Assembly (NCBI RefSeq): GCF_001194135.2
Contig: NC_068983.1
Span: forward strand, 99,211,079-99,275,078
Length of the DNA stretch: 64,000 nucleotides
DNA from: Octopus bimaculoides
Taxonomy: Eukaryota
Direction of reading: 5' to 3'
A program made the position numbers and the translations under genes. This document shows positions 51,511 to 63,267 of this stretch, in pieces. Numbering within the stretch: position 1 is the stretch's first letter; the number at the start of each line of letters is the position of its first letter. The notes below the pieces were generated by a model. It was not told the origin of the DNA. It saw only the letters and a list, made by a program, of their open reading frames with translations, and did no database searches.

Positions 51511-51778
51511 TTAGTAAATGGAGTAAAACGTATATGTTAACTGAATACTTTTATTTCCAACATATGTTTCGAAGATTACAAATTGTACCTTCCATAGGAA
51601 TAGGTGATGTTGATAAGAATGTAATCTTCTCTTCAGGGAAATGCATGGGAACCAGCTTAACCGTAAGACATTTTAACATCACCTATTCTTATGGAAGGTA
51701 CAATTTGTAATCTTCGAAACATATGTTGGAAATAAAAGTATTCAGTTAACATAGACGTTTTACTCCATTTACTAAACT
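51508..51778. mobile_element. Fold-back MITE, 104-bp TIRs, TA TSD
   Basis: 51508-51611 is the reverse complement of 51675-51778 with 3 mismatches; TA at 51506-51507 and 51779-51780. Confidence 0.92.
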
Positions 51779-52252
51779 TATAGATTTACCCAAGTACCCA
51801 AAATAACAAGGAGTTTCTACCTCATAAACAGGAGTTACACCACAGTCATTTTGTGATCTTTGCTACTCTGGTATCTATTAACCAATTTATTTTGTCCGAG
51901 TTAATTATTAACTAAGAGAAAATAAATACATATAATAAAATATATACATATATATATATATCTGTTTAGTTTGAGCAAAAGCCTCGTAATGCATGCATAA
52001 AAGCTCCTTCTTGTTGGCTACCACATGTTAAGTCCATCTCCTGGGATAATCCAATTGTATAGGTATATATGTGGAACTCCTTTCTGCTTAGGATTAATAT
52101 GATAATATGAATAATGATTTGAGGATGGAAATTCATTGGCATTAATTATGCATTGCAACATATGTAATGATGGTGTGTGATGTAGAAATGCGTATTGCAA
52201 TGCATAATTAAAGCATATAAATTTCCATCTTTGTGTTATTATTGTTATTATT

Positions 52253-52299
<47 letters not shown>

Positions 52300-52302
<3 letters not shown>

Positions 52303-52470
52303 GTAGCGAACCGGCAGAAGCTTTAGCATGCCAGGCGAAATGCTTAGCAGTATTTTGTCTGTCCTTCTCTTCTGAGTTCAAATTCCGCTGAGGTTGACTT
52401 TGCCATTCATCCTTTTGGGGTTAATAAAACCAGCTGAGCACTTGGATCGAGGTAATCAATTTAACTACTC
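52300..52470 (+). mobile_element. SINE family 2
   Basis: GGTAGCGAACCGGCAGAAGCTTTAGCATGCCAGGCGAAATGCTTAGC..GAGTTCAAATTCCGCTGAGG. Confidence 0.8.
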
Positions 52471-53299
52471 CTGGGTAAGAGTATAAAAAATGCACACCTC
52501 TGTCAAGCCAGTGCAACAGAGTAGGCTCATCAAACCAGTATGATATCAAGCTCAAATTCATGGCCTCCACATCAGACTGTAGTTGGTGGAGAAAACATAT
52601 CTTTGTCCTGCAGGGGACTGAACATAGGTAATATATATGTGTGCTTGTATATAGAGATAAATAGATAGATATACACACTTACATATGCATATACATGTGC
52701 ACTCATATACAAATATATATCTATATACACATGTGTATTTATTTGTGTGTGTGTGTGCAGGTATAAAAAAAAGCCCCATCTTTTAAGAGTTGTCTGAGAA
52801 GTATATTCTCTATGATATGTTTAAATAATCTTGCTACATCAATCTCCCTTCAATGGGTCTCTGGACATTTCAACAGGGCAACTTTTACAGTTCCCCAGAA
52901 TGTGTTATTCTGTTATTCGTTTCAGTCATTTGCTGGAGCACCACCATAAAAGGATTTTAGTCACAGAAATTGACCCCAGGATTTATTCTTTGTAAGCCTA
53001 GAACTTATTCTATCAGTCTCTTTTGCTGCACTGCTAAGTTATAAGGACGTAAACACACCAACATTGGTTACCAAGTTATGGTTGGGGAACAAACACAGAC
53101 ACAAAGACACACACATACATACACACACATACACATACACACATACACAGTAGACTCCGCTTTATAAATCCATCTTGGGACCGCCTATTTTGGGGAGATT
53201 TATTAACCGAGGGAACAAAATTTGTCGATTGATTAAACATGTGTATTTATTAAAATACATACATATGCGAACACATGAATAAAAACATTATAAACAATG

Positions 53300-54312
53300 T
53301 CATTGAATGAAAAATTTGTCGAGTGTTGTTTGCTTTGCTGGGACACTCTGATCATAACTCCGATCATAACTCCGATCATAACTCCGATCATAACTCTGCT
53401 TTGCTTTTTTTCCTTTAGAGTTTAAAAAAAATTCATGTCACTGAAATCAAAACTTTCAAGGTCACTTTCGAATGAGTGAGATAGTGTCTTATTTCAGCTG
53501 GTGTTGGAAGCTATGGCACTCTTTCATCAGCATCAACATCAGAATCACCATCTTCATCTCCTTTGGTTTCCTTATCAGATTGCTGAATATCTTCTTTGTC
53601 TCCATTCATGTTGCTGGCCACCATCAAGGTCACATGCTCCTTTGCTGTCTTAAAGCCCCTCACAGTTTTCTTGTAACTCTCATTGACATATGTATTCCCT
53701 GGTAATGCATGAAAGTAGATCTCAGTTTCATTGGCATTGTAGATGTCCTGTGGCTGATACGATTTCAACAGAAGCTGCATATGGTCGTCTCATGAAATTG
53801 ATGGACTCCATGGACATCAATTTCAGCTGCATCACCTGCAAAGAATGATATGTTTAGTTTGTGTTCTCTAAAGAGAGAAATGTGAACTAGTGAACTGCAA
53901 AGCTTACCTTTTAGAACCATAAAAGAGATTCCATGTCTCTTTTGCTAATGGTAAAACCAACCTTCAGATGCCTTAAAATCATGTCCAGCAGCTTGAACAA
54001 TAGCGTTCGCTTTGTGTATTAGGATCGGGCTGTTGATGGGGATGTTTCTCGAGTGAATAAATTGAAACCATCATAGAGAGCACGGACTATCTGTTGGTCC
54101 TTTCCCTCTCATTTGCGCTTTCTCTTTGATGAACAGCCATCATGTTCTTTGGCACAATAGTCATCCTCATTCATTAGCAAATTCTGGAGCAGACCTCTTG
54201 AAATTCCCAAACTCTGTGCTGCTTCCCACTGAGTTGTTTTTCCAAGAACTTTGTAACGTTCTGACAATTGAATCTTTTCTGTTACGGATTTGTCCCGCCT
54301 CTCTCTTTTCAT
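53300..54312 (-). pseudogene. pogo/Tigger (CENP-B-like) transposase pseudogene
   Basis: psq-type HTH (EKIQL..AAQSLGISRGLL), CENP-B HTH (WFQFIHSRNIPINSPIL..DFKASEGWF..RHGI), DDE_1 start (YQPQDIYNANETEIYF..ASNMNGDK), acidic tail, C-terminal QTTLDKFF. Several stops and frameshifts; most of the DDE domain is missing. Confidence 0.9.
53836..53907 (-). other. 72-nt GT-AG intron within the pogo transposase
   Basis: AAG|gtaagc...atcattctttgcag|GT; removal gives RHGISFMVLKGDAAEID, colinear with the usual RHGI....L.GES..D. Confidence 0.7.
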
Positions 54313-54827
54313 TTTGAACAACTTGTGTGTGCATCTGCCTGTATGTGTGAATGACAAATGACACGTTTTTTTTTTTTGCCCTTAAATATTGGCAGGTAGG
54401 CTGCAGCAGTCACAACCAACTAGCTGTCATGTGGTACACTCCATCATCCAATGAATGAGAAGGGCACGTCATTTTGACAAGAGGTACCCTGGAGAAGACT
54501 TTTTCGCTTGAATGACAGGGTTGTCTGGTAGGCTCCAGCAGACACCACCAGCTAGTACATATTTATTGATCTATTTTTGGATGATGGTGTGCACCATGTG
54601 ACAGCTGGCTGGCTGTGGGTACTGGAGCCTACCTGTCAGTATTTAAGAGCAAAAGAAAGACACTTCATTTATTCGCTGCCACTTGTTGACACTTTAGGAA
54701 GAAACAGCGACAACTGGATTAAGCGATGGTTTAGATTTATTAAATGAGAGATTTTTATATGTAAAAATTCCATCCTAACCCATTTTGGATACATTAAGTG
54801 GGTGGATTTATAAAGTGGGATCTACTG

Positions 54828-54877
<50 letters not shown>

Positions 54878-54879
54878 TG

Positions 54880-54917
<38 letters not shown>

Positions 54918-55247
54918 NNNNNNNNNNNNNNNNNNNNNNNNNNNNNNNNNNNNNNNNNNNNNNNNNNNNNNNNNNNNNNNNNNNNNNNNNNNNNNNNNNN
55001 NNNNNNNNNNNNNNNNNNNNNNNNNNNNNNNNNNNNNNNNNNNNNNNNNNNNNNNNNNNNNNNNNNNNNNNNNNNNNNNNNNNNNNNNNNNNNNNNNNNN
55101 NNNNNNNNNNNNNNNNNNNNNNNNNNNNNNNNNNNNNNNNNNNNNNNNNNNNNNNNNNNNNNNNNNNNNNNNNNNNNNNNNNNNNNNNNNNNNNNNNNNN
55201 NNNNNNNNNNNNNNNNNNNNNNNNNNNNNNNNNNNNNNNNNNNNNNN

Positions 55248-55283
<36 letters not shown>

Positions 55284-57299
55284 GATGTGTTTCTTTCAGT
55301 TTCTGCCTACCAAATCCACTCACAAGGCTTTGGTTGGCCCAGGCTATAGTAGAAGACACTTGCCCAAGGTGCCACACAGTGGGACTGAAGCTGGAACCAT
55401 GTAGTTGGGAAGCAAGCTTCTTACACACACCACGTGTGTGCCTGTGTATCTAGCAGATTTTTGTTGAACCTATTTTTGTCATTTCATTAGCATCTGGGGC
55501 CCATATCATTGTAGGTCTTTCATGTTCATGATTTTTGCATTACAACTTGGTGAGTTTAAAGTAGTTTCTGAAGTTGTTTGTAGATAGGCTTTATACATTT
55601 CTGGAAGTGGAGAACCTAACTAACGTTGAAATTGAAGTAGATGCTTGAATGCTTTCAGCTCCTGAGAATATTCCTGGTCATGTAGTTATTCCACCTCATA
55701 TCATTGACATGTGTATTGTGTAAGGTACACTGTAACTGTTATGATTATTTGGTGTATATTGGCTACTCTTGTTGTTGATCTGTATTTTGTGTGTGATATG
55801 ATTAGAGTTTTGTATGTTGGTTATTTTTGTTACTACAGGATCATTGTTGGAACTGTCAACATTAATATAGAGATAATGAATAAGCTTGTAGCTTTTTTTG
55901 TACTGCATTTTAGTTGTGGTCTGAGATAAGTTTAGGTGATTTTGTTGCTTTGTATTGTCTGTTTTATACGTGTGAATATTGTGTTGGGATGCTCTTACCT
56001 TTACACCATTTTTATTATTTGTCTTGATTTGAGTCATAAGCCTTTGAAATTTTCTCACATTTAGTGTTGACCTATTCGATTTTCTTTTTTTAACTTTTTT
56101 TTTTATTGCACTAGTGGTATTCCAAATTTTTATTTGTGTATTGTTTTTAGAATTATATTTTTCATATATATATATATTTGTTTTAAGATGGTTTGGAGTA
56201 GTGTGAGAGAGATTTGGCTGTTAATTCTAGCAAGTTGAGTGACTGCATAGCAAGTCCTTCATTGGCTTGTTCTGTGTTTGGTAGAATCTCAGTCAAACCT
56301 GTACTTTCGGGATAAAACTTTACTGATATATTATGCCCTGGAATGTGTGTAAACTTATAACAGCTACGACCTTTAGACTAATTGAAGGCTGGCATAACTG
56401 TAGTCAATATTGTTGATTTTTTTTACCCATGTTGTTCTTTTTCTGTATTTCATCCAGTCATCTTACATACTTCTGACAAAAGCTACACATTAACTTCTTT
56501 ACTCTCTACCTAAACATTGATTGTCAACATCAGCCTATTAATCTTAATTCTAAGGAAGTGTATGGATAGAGGATTTTTTTTGAGATAAACTAATTATTAG
56601 AGCATTATTTTTCTGTTTATAAAGCATGTATTCTAGATACATAATGTGTGTTAACATCATTGCTTTGCTTTTTTTTTTCAAAGAAATTTCATAGTGTCTC
56701 TGTGTATGAGCTCATGCATTTTACCATTTTATTCTAATTATAGCTTAGAGAATAAAATGTATGTATTCATTCTGTAAATTTGTATAATCAAAATGGGTGT
56801 AGTTCTAACTCTATTCTTGACCAATTAATATAACAATTCCTCCTTATTGAAACATTTCTAGTTTATCCTGGTATCCTGGTATACTTTCACATTCCAAAAT
56901 CCCAAAGAGGAAAATAATCCTTGTTCTTGTTACTTGAAGAGATTTAAATATTAGATCATGAACTGATCAACTAATTGGCTGTACGTACTAATTCTATACT
57001 GACTTCCACTCAAACTCACTCCTATATTAGATGACTAAACGAATGAAAGAGACTACACTTCTTTAATATCGAACAGCTATAATCCAATGAATTGAACACT
57101 AAATGATTTCTAAGGGTCTATATATTAGTAGTATAGTAAACTCACATCAGTAAATCACTCAAAGACAGAAAGAGAAAAAAATGTACTATCAAAACCTCAT
57201 AACTGTCCTTAATATTTGTGCATTCTGAACGATTTCAAGGTACCATATCTAATACTACTGAATTCTCTTATTCATAATTCTGTTGGTTCTGTAAGTTAT

Positions 57300-57870
57300 G
57301 CACCTGTAGACCACTATATTTCATCCAACAATTGAGATTCCATCTATCACTCTCAATCTATTTCTTCAATGACTACCAAGATATTTTTGTTATCACTTAC
57401 CAGTGGTTGCTTGTCTGTTGTGGTATCTCTGGTATTGTTACGTTTACTATGTATAGCCACTATTATATCACATATGTTTAGTTCAGCTGTTAACTCTTTA
57501 TAAAGCTCTAATATGCCCTACACAATGGTTGGTGAACTCACCTTCCAATACTTCTTATAGAATCCAATAGAAAAAAATATATCCTTCTAATAATCAGGCT
57601 TTTATTCACCAGTTTCCTACAATCCTATATCCATTGGCAAGCATCATCTTTTTTCCTATCTCTTCTACTACTTCTTCAGCAGCAGCTTTTATTAAGTTCA
57701 CCAATGATATATTTCTTCCACCTTAACCCCACTAATGTACTCATCTTTTCTTTTCTGCCAGATTTCATCTAGACATGTCTTGAACATCTTGTTCTATTTT
57801 TCTTCAGAGTCCCATTCATCAAACACTCTCTTTCCTCAACTTGTCCTCTGCATACAGACCTGCAATAATT
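57300..57870 (-). mobile_element. Very decayed L1/Tx1-like LINE fragment
   Basis: Purine-rich minus strand with a short FYKKYW peptide (cf. EFYK.FW of L1-type RTs); little else preserved. Confidence 0.3.
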
Positions 57871-59194
57871 TGAACTAAACTTTGACCTCACTTATTTATC
57901 ACAGATCATGCAACTTATATGAGACTGAAAGGCTATAGACATGTTACTGTCCTATGATTAACAAAAAAATAATCAATTCCTAGAAAATTAGCTCCACTTC
58001 TTCTCGCACCAAATTTAAAGAAGCCAAATTTTTCTATAACAAACCAATACTTGTAAACAAATACTCAGATACATAGTGATCCCACACTATCTCCATACAA
58101 TCTTTGTATTCATGATTCAACAACTAATGTCAAGGATTCACTTAAGTTCTTAAATCTCCAGTGTTGGCCATTTGACTTAACAGTCAAGTGCGATTACAAA
58201 ATGGATGTATGTTCTATACTGGAAATACCAACAATTTGGTACTTCATCTCACATAAACAGATAAATATACTTAAATATATCAAAACAATGTGCTATCTGT
58301 AAGTGGGAATAATATGGACAATACTTGACAGTAATATACTTATGTATATGCTAGATATAATGACCTTACTAGATCAGCACGAATTAAATCATTGGGAAAT
58401 CCATAGACAGCATTCTTAAGTGAAGAACATTTTCCTGTTTTATCTACAATGATCTTTGTTCTTCTCAACTTATCTTATACTCTCATTAGCTCTAGTCTGC
58501 CTACACTTTATATTATTCTGCCTTCTGAGAAATGCATCTTTTTCTCTTTTGATTTTGGTTTCATCTCCAAAGATTAAACAGTCTATTTTCCAGTAAAGTA
58601 AATGACATGCTCATCTTTATTTAGTTGTTAATCTATATAAGTTTTTTAATCTGTATGAATAAAAATTAACATTAGACCTGCACAACAATGATGATAATTT
58701 CAAGTTTCCAAGATTTATATGTTGTTTAAATGGGAATAGTTAAATTGTCTAAGATACTTTCGATGACTTGGTTGCCCGATATGACATATGCTTTGGTAAT
58801 AATTGCTTTTGAGCTGTAGGTTTCTAAAGTGATTGTGTATGTGCTTACAGCCTTCAAAGTTGCTAGTAATAGAGTTAATATCTGGGATATAAACAGCTTG
58901 ACATAAAAAAATTACCCAAATATAACCACTTTATTGAAAGGACAAGTGAAATATAAAATTACTTCCTGTCATGAATTAAATGCAGTGTAATACATTATAC
59001 TTATTTCAATGTGACAATCAGTAAATGATTTCCTAAGTATCACTCTTATGGAATAAAAATGTTTGGGATTCAAATAAAATTTTAAAAAAAGTGAAATTAT
59101 AATATAATTGAATAGAAAATTATTTTCTAAGTCATCCTATGAGTAACTTTTATCTAAAGGCATTGCCAGGTAAATAAAACATTGCAATCATTGA

Positions 59195-59450
59195 CATAAA
59201 CTGGCACGCCAGTGGTTATGATAATAAGGGTTCCAGTTGATCTGATCAATGGAACAGCCTGCTTGTGAAATTAATGCACAGGTGGCTCTTTGAAATACAG
59301 GTACTACTCATTTTTGCCAGCTGAGTGGACTGGAGCAACTTCAAATGAAGTGCCTTGCTCTAGGACACAATGCATCACCAGGAATCAAACTCATGACCTT
59401 ATAATCACGAGACAAATACCCCTAACTACTAAGTCATGCACCTTTACAAT
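59195..59450 (-). mobile_element. SINE sharing the family 3 head
   Basis: TTGAAATACAGGTACTACTCATTTTTGCCAGCTGAGTGGACTGGAGCAAC..GGACACAATGC. Confidence 0.75.
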
Positions 59451-59519
59451 CATTGACATATTCTTTTTCAGTCAATGGCAGTGTACTGTATGTTTGTGCA
59501 AAGCACTGAAATTTGTGCC

Positions 59520-59690
59520 AGAAAAATGTTTTGCAGTATTCATATTCTAGCTCTATGCAAATTCCGTCAAGTTGACTTTGCCATTCATTCCTTACAGGGT
59601 TTTTAAAATAAAGTACTGCTATCAACTTAATTGATTAATCCTCCCTCTCCTCAATTTCTGGTTTTGTGGCTATGTTAGAAACAATTATTT
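59520..59690 (+). mobile_element. SINE family 2 (degenerate)
   Basis: CAAATTCCGTCAAGTTGACTTTGCCATTCATTCC..TATGTTAGAAACAATTATT. Confidence 0.6.
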
Positions 59691-60254
59691 TTACCCTGGA
59701 AACAAAGAAAGGGCAGACATACTAACAGCAAATGTGCAGTAAATTGGGCTGTTGATGGCACAGATATGTCAAATCAGAGGAGCAGCAGCATTATAGATGA
59801 AATCAAATGAGGGAAATTTCTGCCATCAATCAATTATAAAGATACCAATCATTTGGATTACTTGTGGATTAGTGGTAAATCTGAATTTGCAAATAACAAA
59901 CATATTGATTAGATTTCCTGATAACTTTTCTAACAAACATGTAATGAATAACTATAGAGAAAACACCACAGCAAAATAGAAATAGAAAGGTATTTATCAG
60001 AAGTTGACTTCTCCATTTATGTATCATATTCCCTGATTTATGAATCATGTAACCTACTCTATGGATTATATATGTAGATCTATATGTAACATCCTAAATA
60101 AATGAAAATGATCTGTAGATTATCTCCTGAATCTATAGACTGTCTATATTGATATATATTTATATATATATATATATATGTTCATGTATTTGTTTTGCAA
60201 GATTCCTGATGTGAAATCCTGAGTTGAAACAAATTTAGTTATGCTTGGGAATGG

Positions 60255-60589
60255 TCATATTTTGTCCGTTAGATATACACACTTTATATTCAGTTTTCAC
60301 TTCAGCTTCATTATTATTTTAGTTACTGTGTCAAAACTCTTTCATCACACATCCTGTGACCTCGTCAGTGACTCTCTATACCACATGCCTCCCCTTGTTC
60401 TGCTTATTCCATTTTTTTTTTTTGAAAAATGGAATAAATAGAACAAGAGGAGGCACATAGTATAGGGAGTCACTGAAGAGGTCACAGGATGTGTGATGAA
60501 AGAGCTTTGACAAAGAAAGTTAAATAATAATAATAAAGCTGAAGTGAAGACCAAATATATAATGCATGTATTTAATTGGCAAAATATGA
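60255..60589. repeat. Long inverted repeat / hairpin with a short T-rich loop
   Basis: Inner arms 60331-60416 and 60425-60510 are reverse complements with 9 mismatches; weaker pairing continues to 60255/60589. Confidence 0.93.
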
Positions 60590-61015
60590 TTATCTTTATA
60601 CACCTGCATACACACACATATATATACATACACCTGCATGCATACATACATACATACATGCAAGCATGCATGCAAGCAAGCAAGCAAAAAAGCAAACACA
60701 CAAACAATCAAGGACTCAATCAATTCTTGCTTAAGCAATTATTGGTGATTTCAGTAATATGCTTCAGTTGGTTTGTTATACAATTCACATAGAGCTTGCA
60801 GTGACTGGTGTTATACCTCTTGCAGTTTAAGTGTTAATGTACCATAATGTTTAAAGTGATCTACATTTTTTTTGCCGTATAATCTATGTAGGGTTTCCTT
60901 AGATTAGAATGCATTTCTGATTTCCCATAAAGTCAATCAGTAACTGGTTGAAATAGGCAAGCACAATTCTCTCTCTCATTTTTTTTCCTCTGTGAATCCC
61001 TTTTTCCTTCCAGTA

Positions 61016-61182
61016 GATGCAAGCTTGGCTGTGTGGTAAGAAGTTTACTTCCTAATGATATGGTTCTGGGTTTAGTCCCACTGCTTGGCACTTTGAGCAA
61101 GTGTCTTCTGCTATAGCTCCGGACTCACTAAAGCTCTGTGGGTGGATTTGGTAGATAGAAACTGAAAGAAGCTCGTCATATA

Positions 61183-61251
<69 letters not shown>

Positions 61252-61565
61252 TGCGTGTGTATATCTCTTTTATTTGATTTTGCATGATAGTTGTAAATGA
61301 TTTCAAGAGATTCTGTCAGCAGTGTCATTCATTCCCAATATTCTGCAAGAACATGTCTGATCATCATCATCACCATCATCATCATCATTTAATGTCTATT
61401 TTCCATGCTAGCATGGATTAGATGGTCATGGGGAATATTACCTTGCTTGGAAACAGGTGAGGTTTTGTGACAGGAAGGACAATTGGTTGTAGAAAATCTG
61501 CCTCAATATACTCCATCCAACTCATGCAAGCATGGAAAAATGGATATTGAAATGATAACGATATT
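61016..61565 (+). mobile_element. Composite SINE: family 1 head + (GT)n + body 2
   Basis: Head 61016-61182, (GT)n ~61185-61244, body 2 61260-61565. Confidence 0.75.
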
Positions 61566-62017
61566 GCTTCAAACCAGTATTTTAACTTGTTAGTATCGTC
61601 CTGATATTTGTGTCTAGGAATGGCATGCTTATCATCACTGCTGCAGCTGCCATTCATGCTATTTTTCAGCAGGCTGATAACCACATAGAGCAAGGACTGA
61701 AGAACCTTTTCAGTACCTGGGGCAAACTGCATAAGAACCTGTGGACTACTTCTATCTCTACTGACAAAAATAGCAAGTCTTGAATTTTACAAAGTCATAG
61801 ATAGGTTTGCTGTTTGTTCTTGAGGCTCAATTTTGTTTTGCATGAGGATTTTTAGAGATTTTCTCAGCTGAGTTTTAGAAATTAAATTTTAACATGGGTG
61901 AAATTTCACCCACAGACGTTTTCAACCTTGATTTAAAGGCTTCTCGGTTGGTTCAAATTCTTGATATATTTTCATTCTGTCTAGTAGTTGAACAGTTTGT
62001 AATGGAATTCACTTTAA

Positions 62018-62237
62018 CCCTTTAGTATTCAGATTACTCTGTCAAATGTAATGCTTATTTATTCACATTGCTATGGATTAATCATGCATTATCTTGCAGC
62101 TTCAAGATATCAATGATGTATTTACTAATTTTTAGAATGATATTGTAGAACAAGTGTGAGAAACCAGATCTGGCCATTTTGAATATAAAACAAGTAGAAT
62201 ATCTGAGCCAGATATGGCTGGTTTAAATAGTAAAAGA
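62018..62237. mobile_element. MITE family A
   Basis: TTAA|CCCTTTAGTATTCAGATTACTCTGTC...TAAAAGA|TTAA. Confidence 0.85.
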
Positions 62238-63089
62238 TTAATAAATATTCCATCAAATAACTTTAGTATTTTACTCTCTATGCAGTCATAAAAAATTTAA
62301 GATCTTTATAGAATAGATCCCTTATATACAGAATTCCTGAAGTGGTAGTTTGATGGTACTCTTAAATTTTCATTGTAAAAAGAACTCGCTTTGATACAAC
62401 AAATACTCTATAATCTTCCTCCTGATTCCTATTTACTCAAGACCACCTACACTTAATTCATACAACATGAATCTAATCTCATAACACCTCTTTGTTTGTT
62501 CTTTTAAATGGTTTGATCTGGAGGAAGGGCTGTGCTCAACATCTTTGCAGACCTTCTGAGACTAATGTAGTTGATATTCTCTATACCACTTTCTACTTCC
62601 ACCTTATTGTTGATATTTACTCTTAATGACTCATACCCTATACTACGCATACATGTTTGCATATTCTGTGCCACGTATGTTTTTATCTCTTGTACTTACT
62701 CCACACTGCTCACCACCCTTACTACATACTTGAATCAATGAAGGAGCCTCTATGCAGTTGGTCAACCTGCAAGAAATAGTAGCCAAATCTCCCTAAGATA
62801 ACACCCTGTTGTCTTAACCCTTTCACTGGAGAATTAAATTTCATGGTTGTTTCAGTAATGATGTTAAATATTTACCAAAAAATAAGATTGATAATTTCTG
62901 CAAGTCACCTGAACCTCAATAAACTTGACATATCATCTCAAGAGAAAATAGTGTTGGACATGACATTCTACAACAAAAGATAAGATTGGTTTATAAAACT
63001 GCTTTCCGCAATTAAGGGTAGTGAAATTCTGCATGATTATATCTACTTTCCACAGTGAAAGGGTTAAAGGAAAGACATATTTGACAATG

Positions 63090-63267
63090 CAGGTGTAGGT
63101 GTGGGTGTATGGTAAGAAGCTTGCTTGCCAACCACATGGTTTCAGGTTCAGTTCCACAGCATGACATCTTGGACAAGTGTTTTCTACTACAGCCTCAGGC
63201 TGACCAAATCTTTGTCAGTGATTTGATGGGCAGAAACTGAAAAAAGCCTGTCATATTTATATATATA
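63090..63267 (+). mobile_element. SINE family 1 head, ending at the Tc1 insertion
   Basis: GGTAAGAAGCTTGCTTGCCAACCACATGG..GAAACTGAAAAAAGCCTGTCATAT(TA)n. Confidence 0.8.

Larger units (their letters stand above)
53148..54827 (-). mobile_element. pogo/Tigger DNA transposon (1680 bp, internally deleted)
   Basis: 24-bp TIRs CAGTAGACTCCGCTTTATAAATCC / CAGTAGATCCCACTTTATAAATCC (3 mismatches); TA follows the right end. Confidence 0.92.
5835..55247. other. Assembly gaps at 5835-5934, 12532-12583, 25073-25599, 28185-28603, 36255-36353, 36890-36899, 38765-38774, 38983-38992, 54918-55247
   Basis: N runs, most abutting (TA)n or (CA)n tracts. Confidence 0.99.
52912..55443 (-). mobile_element. SINE family 1 split by the pogo element (body 52912-53147; head 55282-55443)
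   Basis: Halves are co-oriented and in correct order; a 330-N gap lies between the pogo end and the head. Confidence 0.65.

Noticed and set aside
55696-56058. 120-aa N/K/T-rich minus ORF
   Set aside because: Explained by strong T/G strand skew; no domain motif.
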